A stretch of 64,000 bases of DNA from Burkholderiales bacterium (GTDB lineage Bacteria; Pseudomonadota; Gammaproteobacteria; Burkholderiales; SG8-41), in the NCBI GenBank assembly GCA_035649495.1, contig DASRJL010000110.1, positions 37,219-101,218 on the forward strand, given 5' to 3'. The first letter of the stretch is position 1; each line of letters opens with the position of its first letter. This document shows, in pieces, positions 11,950 to 20,512 of this stretch. The position numbers and the translations under genes are program-made. The notes beneath the pieces were generated by a model. It saw only the letters and a program-made list of their open reading frames with translations. It was not told where the DNA came from and searched no databases.

Positions 11950-13155
11950 ATGAGTTCCTCCCTCCTCGCCTCCCTCGAGCTGGCGCCGCGCGATCCCATC
12001 CTCGGTGTCACCGAAACCTTCAATTCCGACACCAATCCCCGCAAGGTGAACCTGGGCGTGGGCGTCTATTACGACGACGACGGCAGGGTGCCGATCCTGG
12101 AGTGCGTGCGCCGCGCCGAGCAGAAACTCGCCGCAGCACAGACCCCCCGCAACTATCTGCCCATAGACGGGCTCCAGGCGTACGATCGGGCCGTCCAGCA
12201 GGTCGTTTTCGGCGCGGACAGCGAGGTATTGCGCGACGGACGCGTGGTAACCGCGCAGTCGCTGGGCGGCACCGGCGGGCTCAAGCTGGGGGCCGACCTG
12301 CTGCGCCGTATCAATCCTGCTGCCGGGCTGTGGATCAGCGATCCGAGCTGGGAGAACCACCAGGCGATGTTCGACTACGCCGGCTTCAAGGTCCGGTCGT
12401 ATCCGTACTACGACCCCGCGACGCACAGCGTGAATTTCGACGCGATGCTCGACACTCTCGGGAAGCTGCCCGCGGGCGACATCGTCGTGCTGCACGTGTG
12501 CTGCCACAACCCGACCGGCGTGGATCTGTCGCAGGCGCAGTGGGAACGCATCATCGAGGTGGTCAACCGCCGCGGGCTCGTGCCCTTCCTGGACCTTGCC
12601 TACCAGGGATTCGCGGAAGGACTCGATGCGGACGCAGCGCCGCTGCGCCGCTTTGCGGCCGCCTGCCCGGCCGTATTCGCCTCGACCTCGTTTTCGAAAT
12701 CCCTGTCGCTGTACGGGGAGCGGGTCGGCGCGTTGCACGTGGTTACGGAAAATGCGGACGAGGCCGCGCGCGTGCTTTCGCAAGTGAAGCGCGTCATCCG
12801 CACGAACTATTCCAACCCGCCCACGCACGGCTCGCAGACGGTCGCCACGGTGCTGACGACGCCGGAGCTGCGCACGCTGTGGAACACCGAGCTGGACCAG
12901 ATGCGGGATCGCATCAAGTTGATGCGCCGGCAACTCGTGGACAGGATCCGCGCGCACCGGGCGGATTTCGACTTCAGCTTCGTGGTGAATCAGCGGGGAC
13001 TGTTCTCGTACTCGGGGCTATCGAAGGAGCAGGTGCGGCGGCTGCGCGAGGACTACGGTCTTTATGCGGTAGACAGCGGCCGCATCTGCGTGCCGGCGTT
13101 GAACTCCCGCAACATCGACTACGTCGCGCAGTCGATCGCCAGCGTGCTCGTGTAG
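11950..13155 (+). CDS. tyrB: Aromatic-amino-acid / aspartate aminotransferase (class I, TyrB/AspC type)
   Basis: Contains NLGVGVYYDD, the PLP lysine motif SFSKS.SLYGERVG, and RTNYSNPP. 401 aa. Confidence 0.9.
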   Translation: MSSSLLASLELAPRDPILGVTETFNSDTNPRKVNLGVGVYYDDDGRVPILECVRRAEQKLAAAQTPRNYLPIDGLQAYDRAVQQVVFGADSEVLRDGRVVTAQSLGGTGGLKLGADLLRRINPAAGLWISDPSWENHQAMFDYAGFKVRSYPYYDPATHSVNFDAMLDTLGKLPAGDIVVLHVCCHNPTGVDLSQAQWERIIEVVNRRGLVPFLDLAYQGFAEGLDADAAPLRRFAAACPAVFASTSFSKSLSLYGERVGALHVVTENADEAARVLSQVKRVIRTNYSNPPTHGSQTVATVLTTPELRTLWNTELDQMRDRIKLMRRQLVDRIRAHRADFDFSFVVNQRGLFSYSGLSKEQVRRLREDYGLYAVDSGRICVPALNSRNIDYVAQSIASVLV

Positions 13156-14499
13156 CTACTTCTTCTTCGGGTCTTCCTTGCTCCCGAAGAGGCCCTCGGT
13201 CCACTGCCCCACTTTCGAGCCCACCGCAGTACCCAGCGGCCCGGCCACTGCGGTGCCGATAGCCGCACCGGCGACGCTGCCCCCGGTCGGCAAGAGCACC
13301 GGCGACTGAACCGTTCCCGACACGTTGAGGGGCACGGTCGCGGAGGCCACCGAAACCGCGCTCACCTTCGCATTGATGCGGCCCGACAATTCGTCGCGGG
13401 GTGAAGCGGTGACGTTGCCGTTGGCGGACAGCGACCCGGACGCGATATCGAGCTTCGTCAACCGCCGCGTGCCGCGGTCGAGCACCAGGTGCCCGGACAG
13501 CCGGTCGAAGCGCGTTTCCCCGCCCTTCGCGCCGTCCTTGCTGACGAGCATCGTTGCGGCCTTGCCGATGTCCATCCCGTGCAGCACGCCGCCCTGTACT
13601 TCGAACGGCGTTTCCAGGCGCAGGACCGCCGGAATCTGGTCGACGCTTGCGGCGCGCGCCGAAAATACCGGCCTGGCGGTGAGCCTGCCGCTGACGCTCG
13701 CCGGCCTGCCGAGCGCCTGCAGCACCGGCCTGATGTCGACCTGCCTCACGTCGAGATTGCCTTTGAGCTGCAGTCCTTTTTCCCACTCCACTGCGGCTTT
13801 TCCCGCGACTGTTCCGCCGTAGAGCTTCGCGCGCACGTCGTCGAAGCTGGCGTTCTTGAGCGTCGCGACGCCTTTGACATTCAGCTCGTCGAACAGTATG
13901 GCCGGGCCGACTGGCACCTTCCACCCTTTCGCGCTGGCGTCGATCAGGTACTTGCCTTTGTCGGGCGTGACCACGGCCTTCAACTTTTCGTCCTGCGTGG
14001 TGAAGGATGCGGAGTCCAGCGTGCCCTCGCCGGTCAGCTTCAGGCGCGCATCGAACGGTCCGAAGGTGGCTTTCGCGAGCTTGACGGTGGCGTCGTCGAG
14101 CTTGACGCTGCCGATGCGCACGGCCGGCGGCTCGTTCGGATCGCTCGCCGTCCACGCAGGAATCCGGTCGACGCCCGCCTGCGTCAGCACGAGTTTCTCC
14201 ACTTCGATGCTGCGCAACACCTTCGGCGTGCTCGTGAGCGACCACAGGTCCGGCGTGACGGTCACCTTGCCCAGGGTCAGCATGTCGCCGTCGCCGACGG
14301 TGATGCCGTTGACCGTAAGGTGCGGCACGGGCAGGAGCGCGAGGTGCAGGCTCTTTATCTTCACCGGCTCCTTCAGCCGGGCAGAAGCCTCCTTCTCGAT
14401 CTGCGGGATGTAATCGTTCAGGGAGACGAAGAACGGCACCACCACGAGGATCAGGACGAGGATCCCGACAACCAGGCCGATGCGCTTTAACCACTTCAT
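13156..14499 (-). CDS. AsmA-family outer-membrane biogenesis protein (short form)
   Basis: N-terminal signal anchor MKWLKRIGLVVGILVLILVV, then beta-rich repeats (V.LD.A.V.L, L.G.L.) typical of AsmA-like proteins. Confidence 0.7.
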   Translation of the reverse strand: MKWLKRIGLVVGILVLILVVVPFFVSLNDYIPQIEKEASARLKEPVKIKSLHLALLPVPHLTVNGITVGDGDMLTLGKVTVTPDLWSLTSTPKVLRSIEVEKLVLTQAGVDRIPAWTASDPNEPPAVRIGSVKLDDATVKLAKATFGPFDARLKLTGEGTLDSASFTTQDEKLKAVVTPDKGKYLIDASAKGWKVPVGPAILFDELNVKGVATLKNASFDDVRAKLYGGTVAGKAAVEWEKGLQLKGNLDVRQVDIRPVLQALGRPASVSGRLTARPVFSARAASVDQIPAVLRLETPFEVQGGVLHGMDIGKAATMLVSKDGAKGGETRFDRLSGHLVLDRGTRRLTKLDIASGSLSANGNVTASPRDELSGRINAKVSAVSVASATVPLNVSGTVQSPVLLPTGGSVAGAAIGTAVAGPLGTAVGSKVGQWTEGLFGSKEDPKKK

Positions 14500-14526
14500 A
14501 ATGTTGGGAAAATTGCCAAAAACCCG

Positions 14527-14555
14527 TTGACCGAATTTGCGTCAGGGGCTAATAT
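14527..14555 (+). promoter_or_regulatory. Sigma-70-like promoter (TTGACC - 17 nt - TAATAT)
   Basis: -35 element at 14527-14532 and -10 at 14550-14555, with a 17-nt spacer. It is the only obvious promoter upstream of the endonuclease ORF and the tRNA-Asn gene. Confidence 0.5.
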
Positions 14556-14614
14556 AGGCCTGTTTCCAATTCGGCACCAAGCGCTTTTCTCACGCTTATT
14601 ACTCCCCGATCGCG

Positions 14615-15037
14615 ATGGATGCGGCCGTAAGGCACACGCAGAACAGCAAATCGGTTGGAGATATCACTCAGTCGCAGGTGATGGCGGCTTTGTTGAAGCA
14701 TGGGAAGAACGTGCTCATGCCATTTGGAGATAACTGTCGGTACGACCTCGTAGTGGAACAGGATGGTCTGTTCTTCCGGATTCAATGCAAGACCGGGCGG
14801 ATGAATCGTGGCGCGGTGGTGTTTGCAGTGGCGTCCTCGCAGTATCACAGAGGGGGCAAGCGTCAGGATTATCGGGGGCAGGTAGATGCGTTCGGAATTT
14901 TCTGTCCGGACAATGGGAAGGTCTATATAGTGCCTATAGATGATCTTCCTTTGGCAAGGGAGGCCAAGTTGCGGCTCAAGCCTCCCGGAAATTCGCAGGA
15001 AAAGCGAATAAGATGGGCCGCGAAATATGAGATTTGA
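14615..15037 (+). CDS. PD-(D/E)XK endonuclease, I-Ssp6803I-like (group-I-intron-associated family, PDDEXK_5)
   Basis: The 140-aa ORF contains GDITQSQVMAALLKHG..VLMPFGDNCRYDLVV....FFRIQCKTG and DYRGQVDAFGIFCP...VYIVP. This pattern matches my recollection of the small PD-(D/E)XK homing endonuclease of the Synechocystis tRNA-fMet intron. G+C is lower than the flanks. The stop codon (15035-15037) directly abuts tRNA nucleotide 1. Confidence 0.7.
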   Translation: MDAAVRHTQNSKSVGDITQSQVMAALLKHGKNVLMPFGDNCRYDLVVEQDGLFFRIQCKTGRMNRGAVVFAVASSQYHRGGKRQDYRGQVDAFGIFCPDNGKVYIVPIDDLPLAREAKLRLKPPGNSQEKRIRWAAKYEI

Positions 15038-15353
15038 TCCCCGATAGCTCAGTTGGTAGAGCGACGGACTGTTAACCCAAACCGCTCCGAGCGCTTTGGC
15101 TCAAGGCGGGACAAAAGGCAGCACCGAGGCGAAAGCTTCGGAGGAAAAGGCGTCAAAGTCGGTGAACCCTAACGGCCGCAAGGCCTACGGCAACGCCGAG
15201 CCAAGCCGCCCCGAAAGGGCGGAAGGTGTAGAGACTAGACGGCGCCCGCCTAAAGGCTTCCGGCCCACGGCGAAGGCATAGTCCACGTCCTTGTGAAAAC
15301 AGGGGGCACGGGTAATCCGCAGGTCGCTGGTTCGAGCCCAGCTCGGGGAGCCA
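15038..15353 (+). tRNA. tRNA-Asn(GUU), interrupted in the anticodon by a group I intron
   Basis: Exon 1 (15038-15072) plus exon 2 (15313-15353) give a 76-nt cloverleaf: TCCCCGA TA GCTC AGTTGGTA GAGC G ACGGA CTGTTAA TCCGC AGGTC GCTGG TTCGAGC CCAGC TCGGGGA G CCA. The only imperfection is an A27-C43 mismatch. CCA is encoded. Confidence 0.9.
15073..15312 (+). mobile_element. Group I (IC3-like) self-splicing intron, no internal ORF
   Basis: The core strings GGCAACGCCGAGCCAAGC (15189-15206) and GAAGGTGTAGAGACTAGACGGCGCCCGCCTAAAGGC (15222-15257) nearly match the Azoarcus tRNA-Ile intron as I recall it. GAAA-capped hairpins are present (CCGAGGC GAAA GCTTCGG; CCTTGT GAAA ACAGGGG). A U precedes the 5' splice site and the intron ends in G. 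This is the only split that restores a 7-nt anticodon loop. Confidence 0.9.
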
Positions 15354-15360
15354 TTAATCA

Positions 15361-15397
15361 ATAGGTTATGAGTGTCACTCGTAACCTATTTTTCTTT
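15361..15397 (+). terminator. Rho-independent terminator after tRNA-Asn
   Basis: Inverted repeat ATAGGTTATGAGTG / CACTCGTAACCTAT followed by TTTTTCTTT. Confidence 0.6.
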
Positions 15398-16074
15398 GTA
15401 GGCACTGGTGAAGGCGGTAAATGCCATCGCCCAGAGACCAATACCGATGCCCCGCCACGTACTTGAATGAACGTCACCTGCCGGCTTCGGGTGTCGAACC
15501 GCTTTTCACGACTCGTACAGCGAACGAGATGTTCCAGCTGCGGGCAAATAACGAGCTGCTACGAGTTGGGGGTCGGAATCGAACCGGCCCAGCTTCATAG
15601 GGGAAAATGGAGGGTAACCGGGTCGGCCGTACCCTTACCCGTGCCGTTACCCACTGCCGACCGCCCTACCCTTCCGGCCCGATGTTACAGCCTCCAGGCC
15701 GCGTCGCCCTGGCGCCTTGGCGAAGACCACGGACACCGCCCCGGCGCGCGGCAGCGGCCACCAGCGCGAGCACCGGGGCTCGGGCTGGCGTGAGCCTGAG
15801 ACGTGACCGAGAGCTAGGCGTCTACCTGCGACGCGATGTATGAAAACGCTTGATCGTTGTAACTCGGTCCCTGCCCGAAGTGCGGGAAGCGCGCGGGCAA
15901 GACTCACGAGACCAGTGTGGGAAAGTTTCGGCATTTCGTCATGTGCGGAAACTGCACCTGGGCGCCACCGTCGGCGCGTACCCGTGTAAGCGCTCTGGTA
16001 TTTGGGGTAATCGCATTCTTGGTGTCGCTGATTGTCCACGCGGTCAGACAACCCTACGGTGGTGGGGAGGAACG

Positions 16075-16323
16075 ATGAGTGCATCGATGCCGCCTAACCC
16101 CCGCGTCGAAAGTGACGCTGTCGCGGAGAAAAGGATACGGTTCGGCTGTGGCCTTCTCATCGGAGTCGTTTTGGGCATCATGTCAGCCATTTACTGGAGC
16201 ATCGCGAACGGTTGGTATTTCGCGGCATTGGTTGCTGGTGTCGCGTTGGTGTGCGGCTTCCTCGCCATGAGATACGGCGACGAGTTTTGGTACGAGCTGC
16301 TGAAACTGTGGCGGCCGTATTAG
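16075..16323 (+). CDS. Hypothetical small membrane protein (2 TM)
   Basis: An ATG is preceded by GGGGAGG. Two hydrophobic helices are present (LLIGVVLGIMSAIYW and YFAALVAGVALVCGFLAM). It lies in the low-GC islet. Confidence 0.4.
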   Translation: MSASMPPNPRVESDAVAEKRIRFGCGLLIGVVLGIMSAIYWSIANGWYFAALVAGVALVCGFLAMRYGDEFWYELLKLWRPY

Positions 16324-16784
16324 TGACGTCTAACAACACGTTGGAGCGGACCGTGAATCATGGTGGGCGCATCGTGCTCGCAATCGCGATTCGTGACGAG
16401 CGAAGCCCCAAGCCCGACGCGCTGCTACACCGAAAAGCGCGTTATCGACTGAGCCGCGAGCGCCTCACAGGCGCTGCGGTGGCAAGCAGGTAGGGAGGAT
16501 TGCAGCGATGCCACTAGAAGCCGCGATCTCAGGTATGGCGGAGTCGCGCGGACGGTTGAGGTGTCAACTAATTTGACACCTAATTCACGTCCGTTCGCGC
16601 GTGAGGTGAAGAAGGATGGCGACAGAACACGGGTTCCGTCCGCCGCTAGATCGTTCGCCTGAAACCGTGGTCGTCACGTCACCTATTTTGTCCACAGGTT
16701 CCGCTACCCAACCGACCGAAGCTTTCGCGTCAGCAAGTGCAAGGTCAATAACTGACCCCACAACGCTTGCTGACCCCGCAGCGC

Positions 16785-17723
16785 TTAACAGCGCTTGTGG
16801 CGAGTTAAACCTGCGCTCGCCTTCGTACGTCGCGTCATGACTCCGAGCATGCCGAGGCCGAAGAGGAGCATGGCGTAAGTCGTGGGCTCTGGAACGGCTG
16901 ATACGGATATTGCTGCCATGGAAATTCCGGGCACATCGAAAGATGACCCGGGGATTAATCCCAACGATAATGCGGACACGTAGCCAATGTCGACAAAGGA
17001 TTGGACAGTGGTCTGGCTGATGAATGTCGGCCCGCTAAGCCAGCCGGTCATCAGTTCAAAGGTGGCATCCTGCCCCTGGCTGTTCGTATAACCGGTACAG
17101 CACGCGCCGCCGTCACGCTCGTCCCAATGGCTATTTGCCGTGCCTGGTCCACCGCCCAATTCGACAGGTATGAAGGTCAGGTTCGGTCTGCCTAGTTCTG
17201 CCCTTGCCGCGGCGACGGCGTTCGCTCCCGTGTAACGACCACTGCCGGTTTGGTAAACCCCGTTCACCCCCCACAGCGTACCGAAACCCATCACGTGGGC
17301 CATTTCATGCAGTACCACCGACAAAAAGGTACCGTCGCTCTCCATGTCTTGGACATCGGCCGTGTCAAACTGCATAGTGCCGCGAGTCGAGAGCCAGTAG
17401 CCGCCCTGACGCTTGAGCCCTGCGAAACCCGGACCCGCTTGTCCCAGTATCCCTCCGACACCATCGATAGATATCGCGGATGCATTGATGGTGAGTCCCG
17501 TGATACTGATACCTGGCTGATATGCTGGCAGCAGGCTTTCCCACAAATCCGCCGCCTCGGTGAAAACGGCCTGCTGCGTGTTACTCAGTCCACCGGTGAA
17601 GTTCAGGTTGATACTGAACGGACCCGCCCCTACCCCCTTAGATAACAGAAGGAGCACCGCGACGGCGAAGATTCGAAATCTACCGGCAAAAGTAAGCGCA
17701 AAACGATTGATCGAGATATTCAT
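16785..17723 (-). CDS. Secreted zinc metalloprotease (leishmanolysin/M8-like HExxH) with C-terminal PEP-CTERM sorting signal
   Basis: It has a signal peptide, the HEMAHVMGF zinc motif, and a C-terminal VPEP + TM + RRTK tail (PEP-CTERM/exosortase tag). Confidence 0.75.
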   Translation of the reverse strand: MNISINRFALTFAGRFRIFAVAVLLLLSKGVGAGPFSINLNFTGGLSNTQQAVFTEAADLWESLLPAYQPGISITGLTINASAISIDGVGGILGQAGPGFAGLKRQGGYWLSTRGTMQFDTADVQDMESDGTFLSVVLHEMAHVMGFGTLWGVNGVYQTGSGRYTGANAVAAARAELGRPNLTFIPVELGGGPGTANSHWDERDGGACCTGYTNSQGQDATFELMTGWLSGPTFISQTTVQSFVDIGYVSALSLGLIPGSSFDVPGISMAAISVSAVPEPTTYAMLLFGLGMLGVMTRRTKASAGLTRHKRC

Positions 17724-18180
17724 ACAAATCTCCGCTGGTCAACTATTGACAAATCGTGCCGTCGTCTGCGTTCGCCACGCTCTGACAAGGTGGAACCTTC
17801 TGAAGACTTTACGTGCGCCTTCTCTTTATGCGTGCCCTCTTTCGGCAAAAATTATAGCGGGTTGAATGGGTGCAATGCCAGCGAAACCAATCGACTGCCA
17901 CACTGCCGGTACTAGATCTTGCGCCATAAAAGATGTAGTGACCAACTGAGGAGAACGCCACGACATCAGGTAAAACTCACCATAGCACTGCGGCTGAGCG
18001 GTTCAATCAGACGTTTGGTCTACTACTGACCGCATATGGCGGATGCGCCAGAAACGAAGGCCCGCGTGGGGCCGGCCTGATTCGTGAGCTCGGGTCGGTG
18101 GACCCGCTCAGAACTGGATCAAAATGCTCTCGGGGAAGGGTGAAACCAGTGAAGTAACCTGGCGCCCTTCGAGATACAAA

Positions 18181-18444
18181 CTATGTGATCGAGTTGGGCC
18201 GTCCTTCGGCATCTCCAATCGACGACCCTGGGTCCATCAGAGGTTCGGTGTGCCTCCGTTTACTAACCATTCTAACCATCTCACCAATAACGCAACCAAT
18301 AAAGGCGGACGCAGCCAGCACTAAGCCAAAAAGCAGAACGCCATTCCAGACGCCGAAGTAGATCGATGCCAAGACGCAGAGAATCATCGACAGCGGCGCG
18401 CAAATCGCGATGACAATCACCAGTGCATCCCGCAAAAACTGCAT
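18181..18444 (-). CDS. Hypothetical membrane protein
   Basis: Three hydrophobic segments follow MQFLRDAL. No family was recognised and the start is uncertain (the track ORF extends to 18501). Confidence 0.35.
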   Translation of the reverse strand: MQFLRDALVIVIAICAPLSMILCVLASIYFGVWNGVLLFGLVLAASAFIGCVIGEMVRMVSKRRHTEPLMDPGSSIGDAEGRPNSIT

Positions 18445-18670
18445 ATGGTTCTCCGTGTAACCACATGGAGCAAGAAACGGGCCCACGGAAGCGTACTTCA
18501 CATAATCAGCAGGTTAACCAGCATGTAGCGCGCATGCAGGCTTAGTTTGTAAAGTTTTCCGACACAAGACCAGGCTATGGATTCCCCGAGATGGTGCAGA
18601 GATACAACGTTGGCGAAGGACTTGAACCTCAAGCTGGACTAACTTGCGCCGTGGTTTTGTTTCCGCCGAC

Positions 18671-18868
18671 TTACCCGGCCCTGATGCCGGCTCCCTTCAC
18701 CACTTTCGAATAGCGCGTGCTCTCCGAGTGCAGCAGCGCTGCGAATTGCTCCGGCGTGCTCGGCGCGGAAATCATGTCCTGCAGCCTGAACGTCTCCTGC
18801 ACATCCGGCAGTCGCAGCGCGCGCACGAGGTCGGTATTGAGGCGCGCGACAACGGAGGCGGGCATCAC
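18671..18868 (-). pseudogene. Remnant of a Bug/TctC-family substrate-binding protein (C-terminal ~60 aa only)
   Basis: PASVVARLNTDLVRAL.LPDVQETF......ISAPSTPEQFAALLHSESTRYSKVVKGAGI matches the conserved C-terminus of the intact Bug proteins in this window (for example 30713..31702). An in-frame TGA lies immediately upstream and no N-terminal part is detectable. Confidence 0.55.
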
Positions 18869-19175
18869 ACCTCATGCCAGACTGCGTGCCGCTATTGTGC
18901 CGATCCCCGCGCACGCAACCGATTGCGAGCATGCGCCCGGCGCCTCATGAGAGCAGAACTCACGCTTACCGGAACTAAGTCACGTACGTGCCGGGCCGGA
19001 GTTGAGATGGGATTCATGTGACCGCGGTTTTTGTCAGAAAACTTTACACTTGCCGGGCCATGAACCCGGCCGGCTTGAGCTTTTGTTCGCGTATTCAGCC
19101 ACATAGGAGCAGCGGCCCAGATATTGCTTGAAAAACAAGATGTCTTTGTAAAGCTCAGGGAGAGGGAGAGCGATC

Positions 19176-20192
19176 ATGGTGAGTAAATTGATTCCGGTCA
19201 TGATTGCCATGATCGGCGGACTGACGCTCGCGGGACCTGCCGCTGCGATCGTCATTCGCGACGGCACGTCAGATAGCAGCTACATCGATCTGGCCAATAC
19301 TACCCGTTACAACAGCGTCGGTCAGATCTATGGCACGGACAGCAGCGGCGGCTTCGCCGCATCCGGCGTCCTCATTTCACCAGACTGGGTATTGACCGCG
19401 GCGCATGTAACCTCCGGCGCCCTGTCGTTGAAATTCTATCTCGATTCCGGCGGGGGCTGGAGCAGCTTCGCGACACGAGATGGCGTAAGCGCCGATCGTT
19501 GGTACTCGTATTCGAAGTGGACGGGCGACTTGAATTCCGGTTATGACATCGGTTTGTTCCATCTGGGCACCGGCGTTGGCTGCGGAATTTCGTTCTCCTC
19601 CTCCATCGGCGGGTGCGCCGCAGAGCGATACAGCGGCACGAGCGAGCTCGGCCGGATCGGCACGGAGGTGGGTTTTGGAATGACCGGCACCGGCTCGACC
19701 GGTGCGACTACGTTCGACGGGCTCAAGCGAGCCGGCGAGAACATGGTCGATGCTGTTCTCAGAACCGCCGGCGGAACGAACCGCATTCTGCTTGCCGACT
19801 TCGATTCAGGATTATCTGCGGATAACAACTTCGGCAGCGGCTCGCCGCTGCCGCTCGAGTCCATGATAGGACCGGGAGACAGCGGGGGCGGTCTGTTCGA
19901 GCAGATTGACGGGCGTGAGTTCCTGACCGGTATAACCTCTTTCGGGTGGGGCCGGCTGGACGGAGATCCGGACTCCGATTATGGGGACGCGGGCGGATGG
20001 ACGCGCGTCACGTACTTCAACTCCTGGATCGACAGCGTAATGAACGGGACAGCAGGCGGCGGGGGAAAGCCTCCCAAAGGGCGTAGCGCGGGTATGCAGG
20101 CAACAGCGGTGGAGTTGCCGGAGCCCGCGACCCTGCTCCTCTTGATCCTCGGCATCGCCGGGCTCGGATTGAGCCGACGCAGTTTGGCGTAG
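19176..20192 (+). CDS. Trypsin-like (S1) serine protease with C-terminal PEP-CTERM sorting signal
   Basis: It has a signal peptide, TAAHV (His), GDSGGG (Ser), and a C-terminal LPEPATLLLLILGIAGLGLSRRS tail. Confidence 0.8.
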   Translation: MVSKLIPVMIAMIGGLTLAGPAAAIVIRDGTSDSSYIDLANTTRYNSVGQIYGTDSSGGFAASGVLISPDWVLTAAHVTSGALSLKFYLDSGGGWSSFATRDGVSADRWYSYSKWTGDLNSGYDIGLFHLGTGVGCGISFSSSIGGCAAERYSGTSELGRIGTEVGFGMTGTGSTGATTFDGLKRAGENMVDAVLRTAGGTNRILLADFDSGLSADNNFGSGSPLPLESMIGPGDSGGGLFEQIDGREFLTGITSFGWGRLDGDPDSDYGDAGGWTRVTYFNSWIDSVMNGTAGGGGKPPKGRSAGMQATAVELPEPATLLLLILGIAGLGLSRRSLA

Positions 20193-20250
20193 CGGCGCTC
20201 TCACGCGCCGGTGCCCTGCTTCGCCCCGCGCGAACGAACCACCAAGAACC

Positions 20251-20279
20251 GGCCCGCTTTTGCGGGCCGTTTACTTTTA
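20251..20279 (+). terminator. Rho-independent terminator
   Basis: GGCCCGC TTTT GCGGGCC followed by GTTTACTTTTAT. Confidence 0.7.
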
Positions 20280-20512
20280 TGCGCCCGGCATTCTCGCCCG
20301 CAGTACCCGGTCACGAAACTGACCTTCGGCGATGTCCGATGTGCCGACCCGCGCGAGTCGTCATGAAACGACGCATCGGCTGAAAGGCTGTCGTCTGCCC
20401 GCGACGTTCCCGTGTGTCCTACAACAACCCTCAGAACTCGCTGCATGAGCCCCGGTCGAATTGGTACTGCGGGCAGGGGGAGGACCCGCGTCTTGATGAA
20501 AGGAGTGGCACG

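Noticed and set aside
15096-15281. 61-aa ORF inside the group I intron, a possible intron-encoded protein.
   Set aside because: It has a non-ATG start and a Lys/Ala/Glu low-complexity product. It runs straight through the conserved ribozyme core helices. The intron is the size of ORF-less IC3 introns.
15561-15660. Minus-strand GGTTCGATTCC T-loop-like motif, suggesting a second tRNA or a tRNA-derived att site.
   Set aside because: The T-stem has a mismatch. No matching acceptor 5' strand, D-arm or anticodon arm could be built, and there is no CCA or discriminator context. It does not match the tRNA-Asn 3' end either.
15400-20200. Integrase, transposase or direct repeats of the tRNA-Asn 3' end that would define a classical tRNA-integrated genomic island.
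   Set aside because: None was found on either strand, so the region is described only as a compositionally distinct islet.
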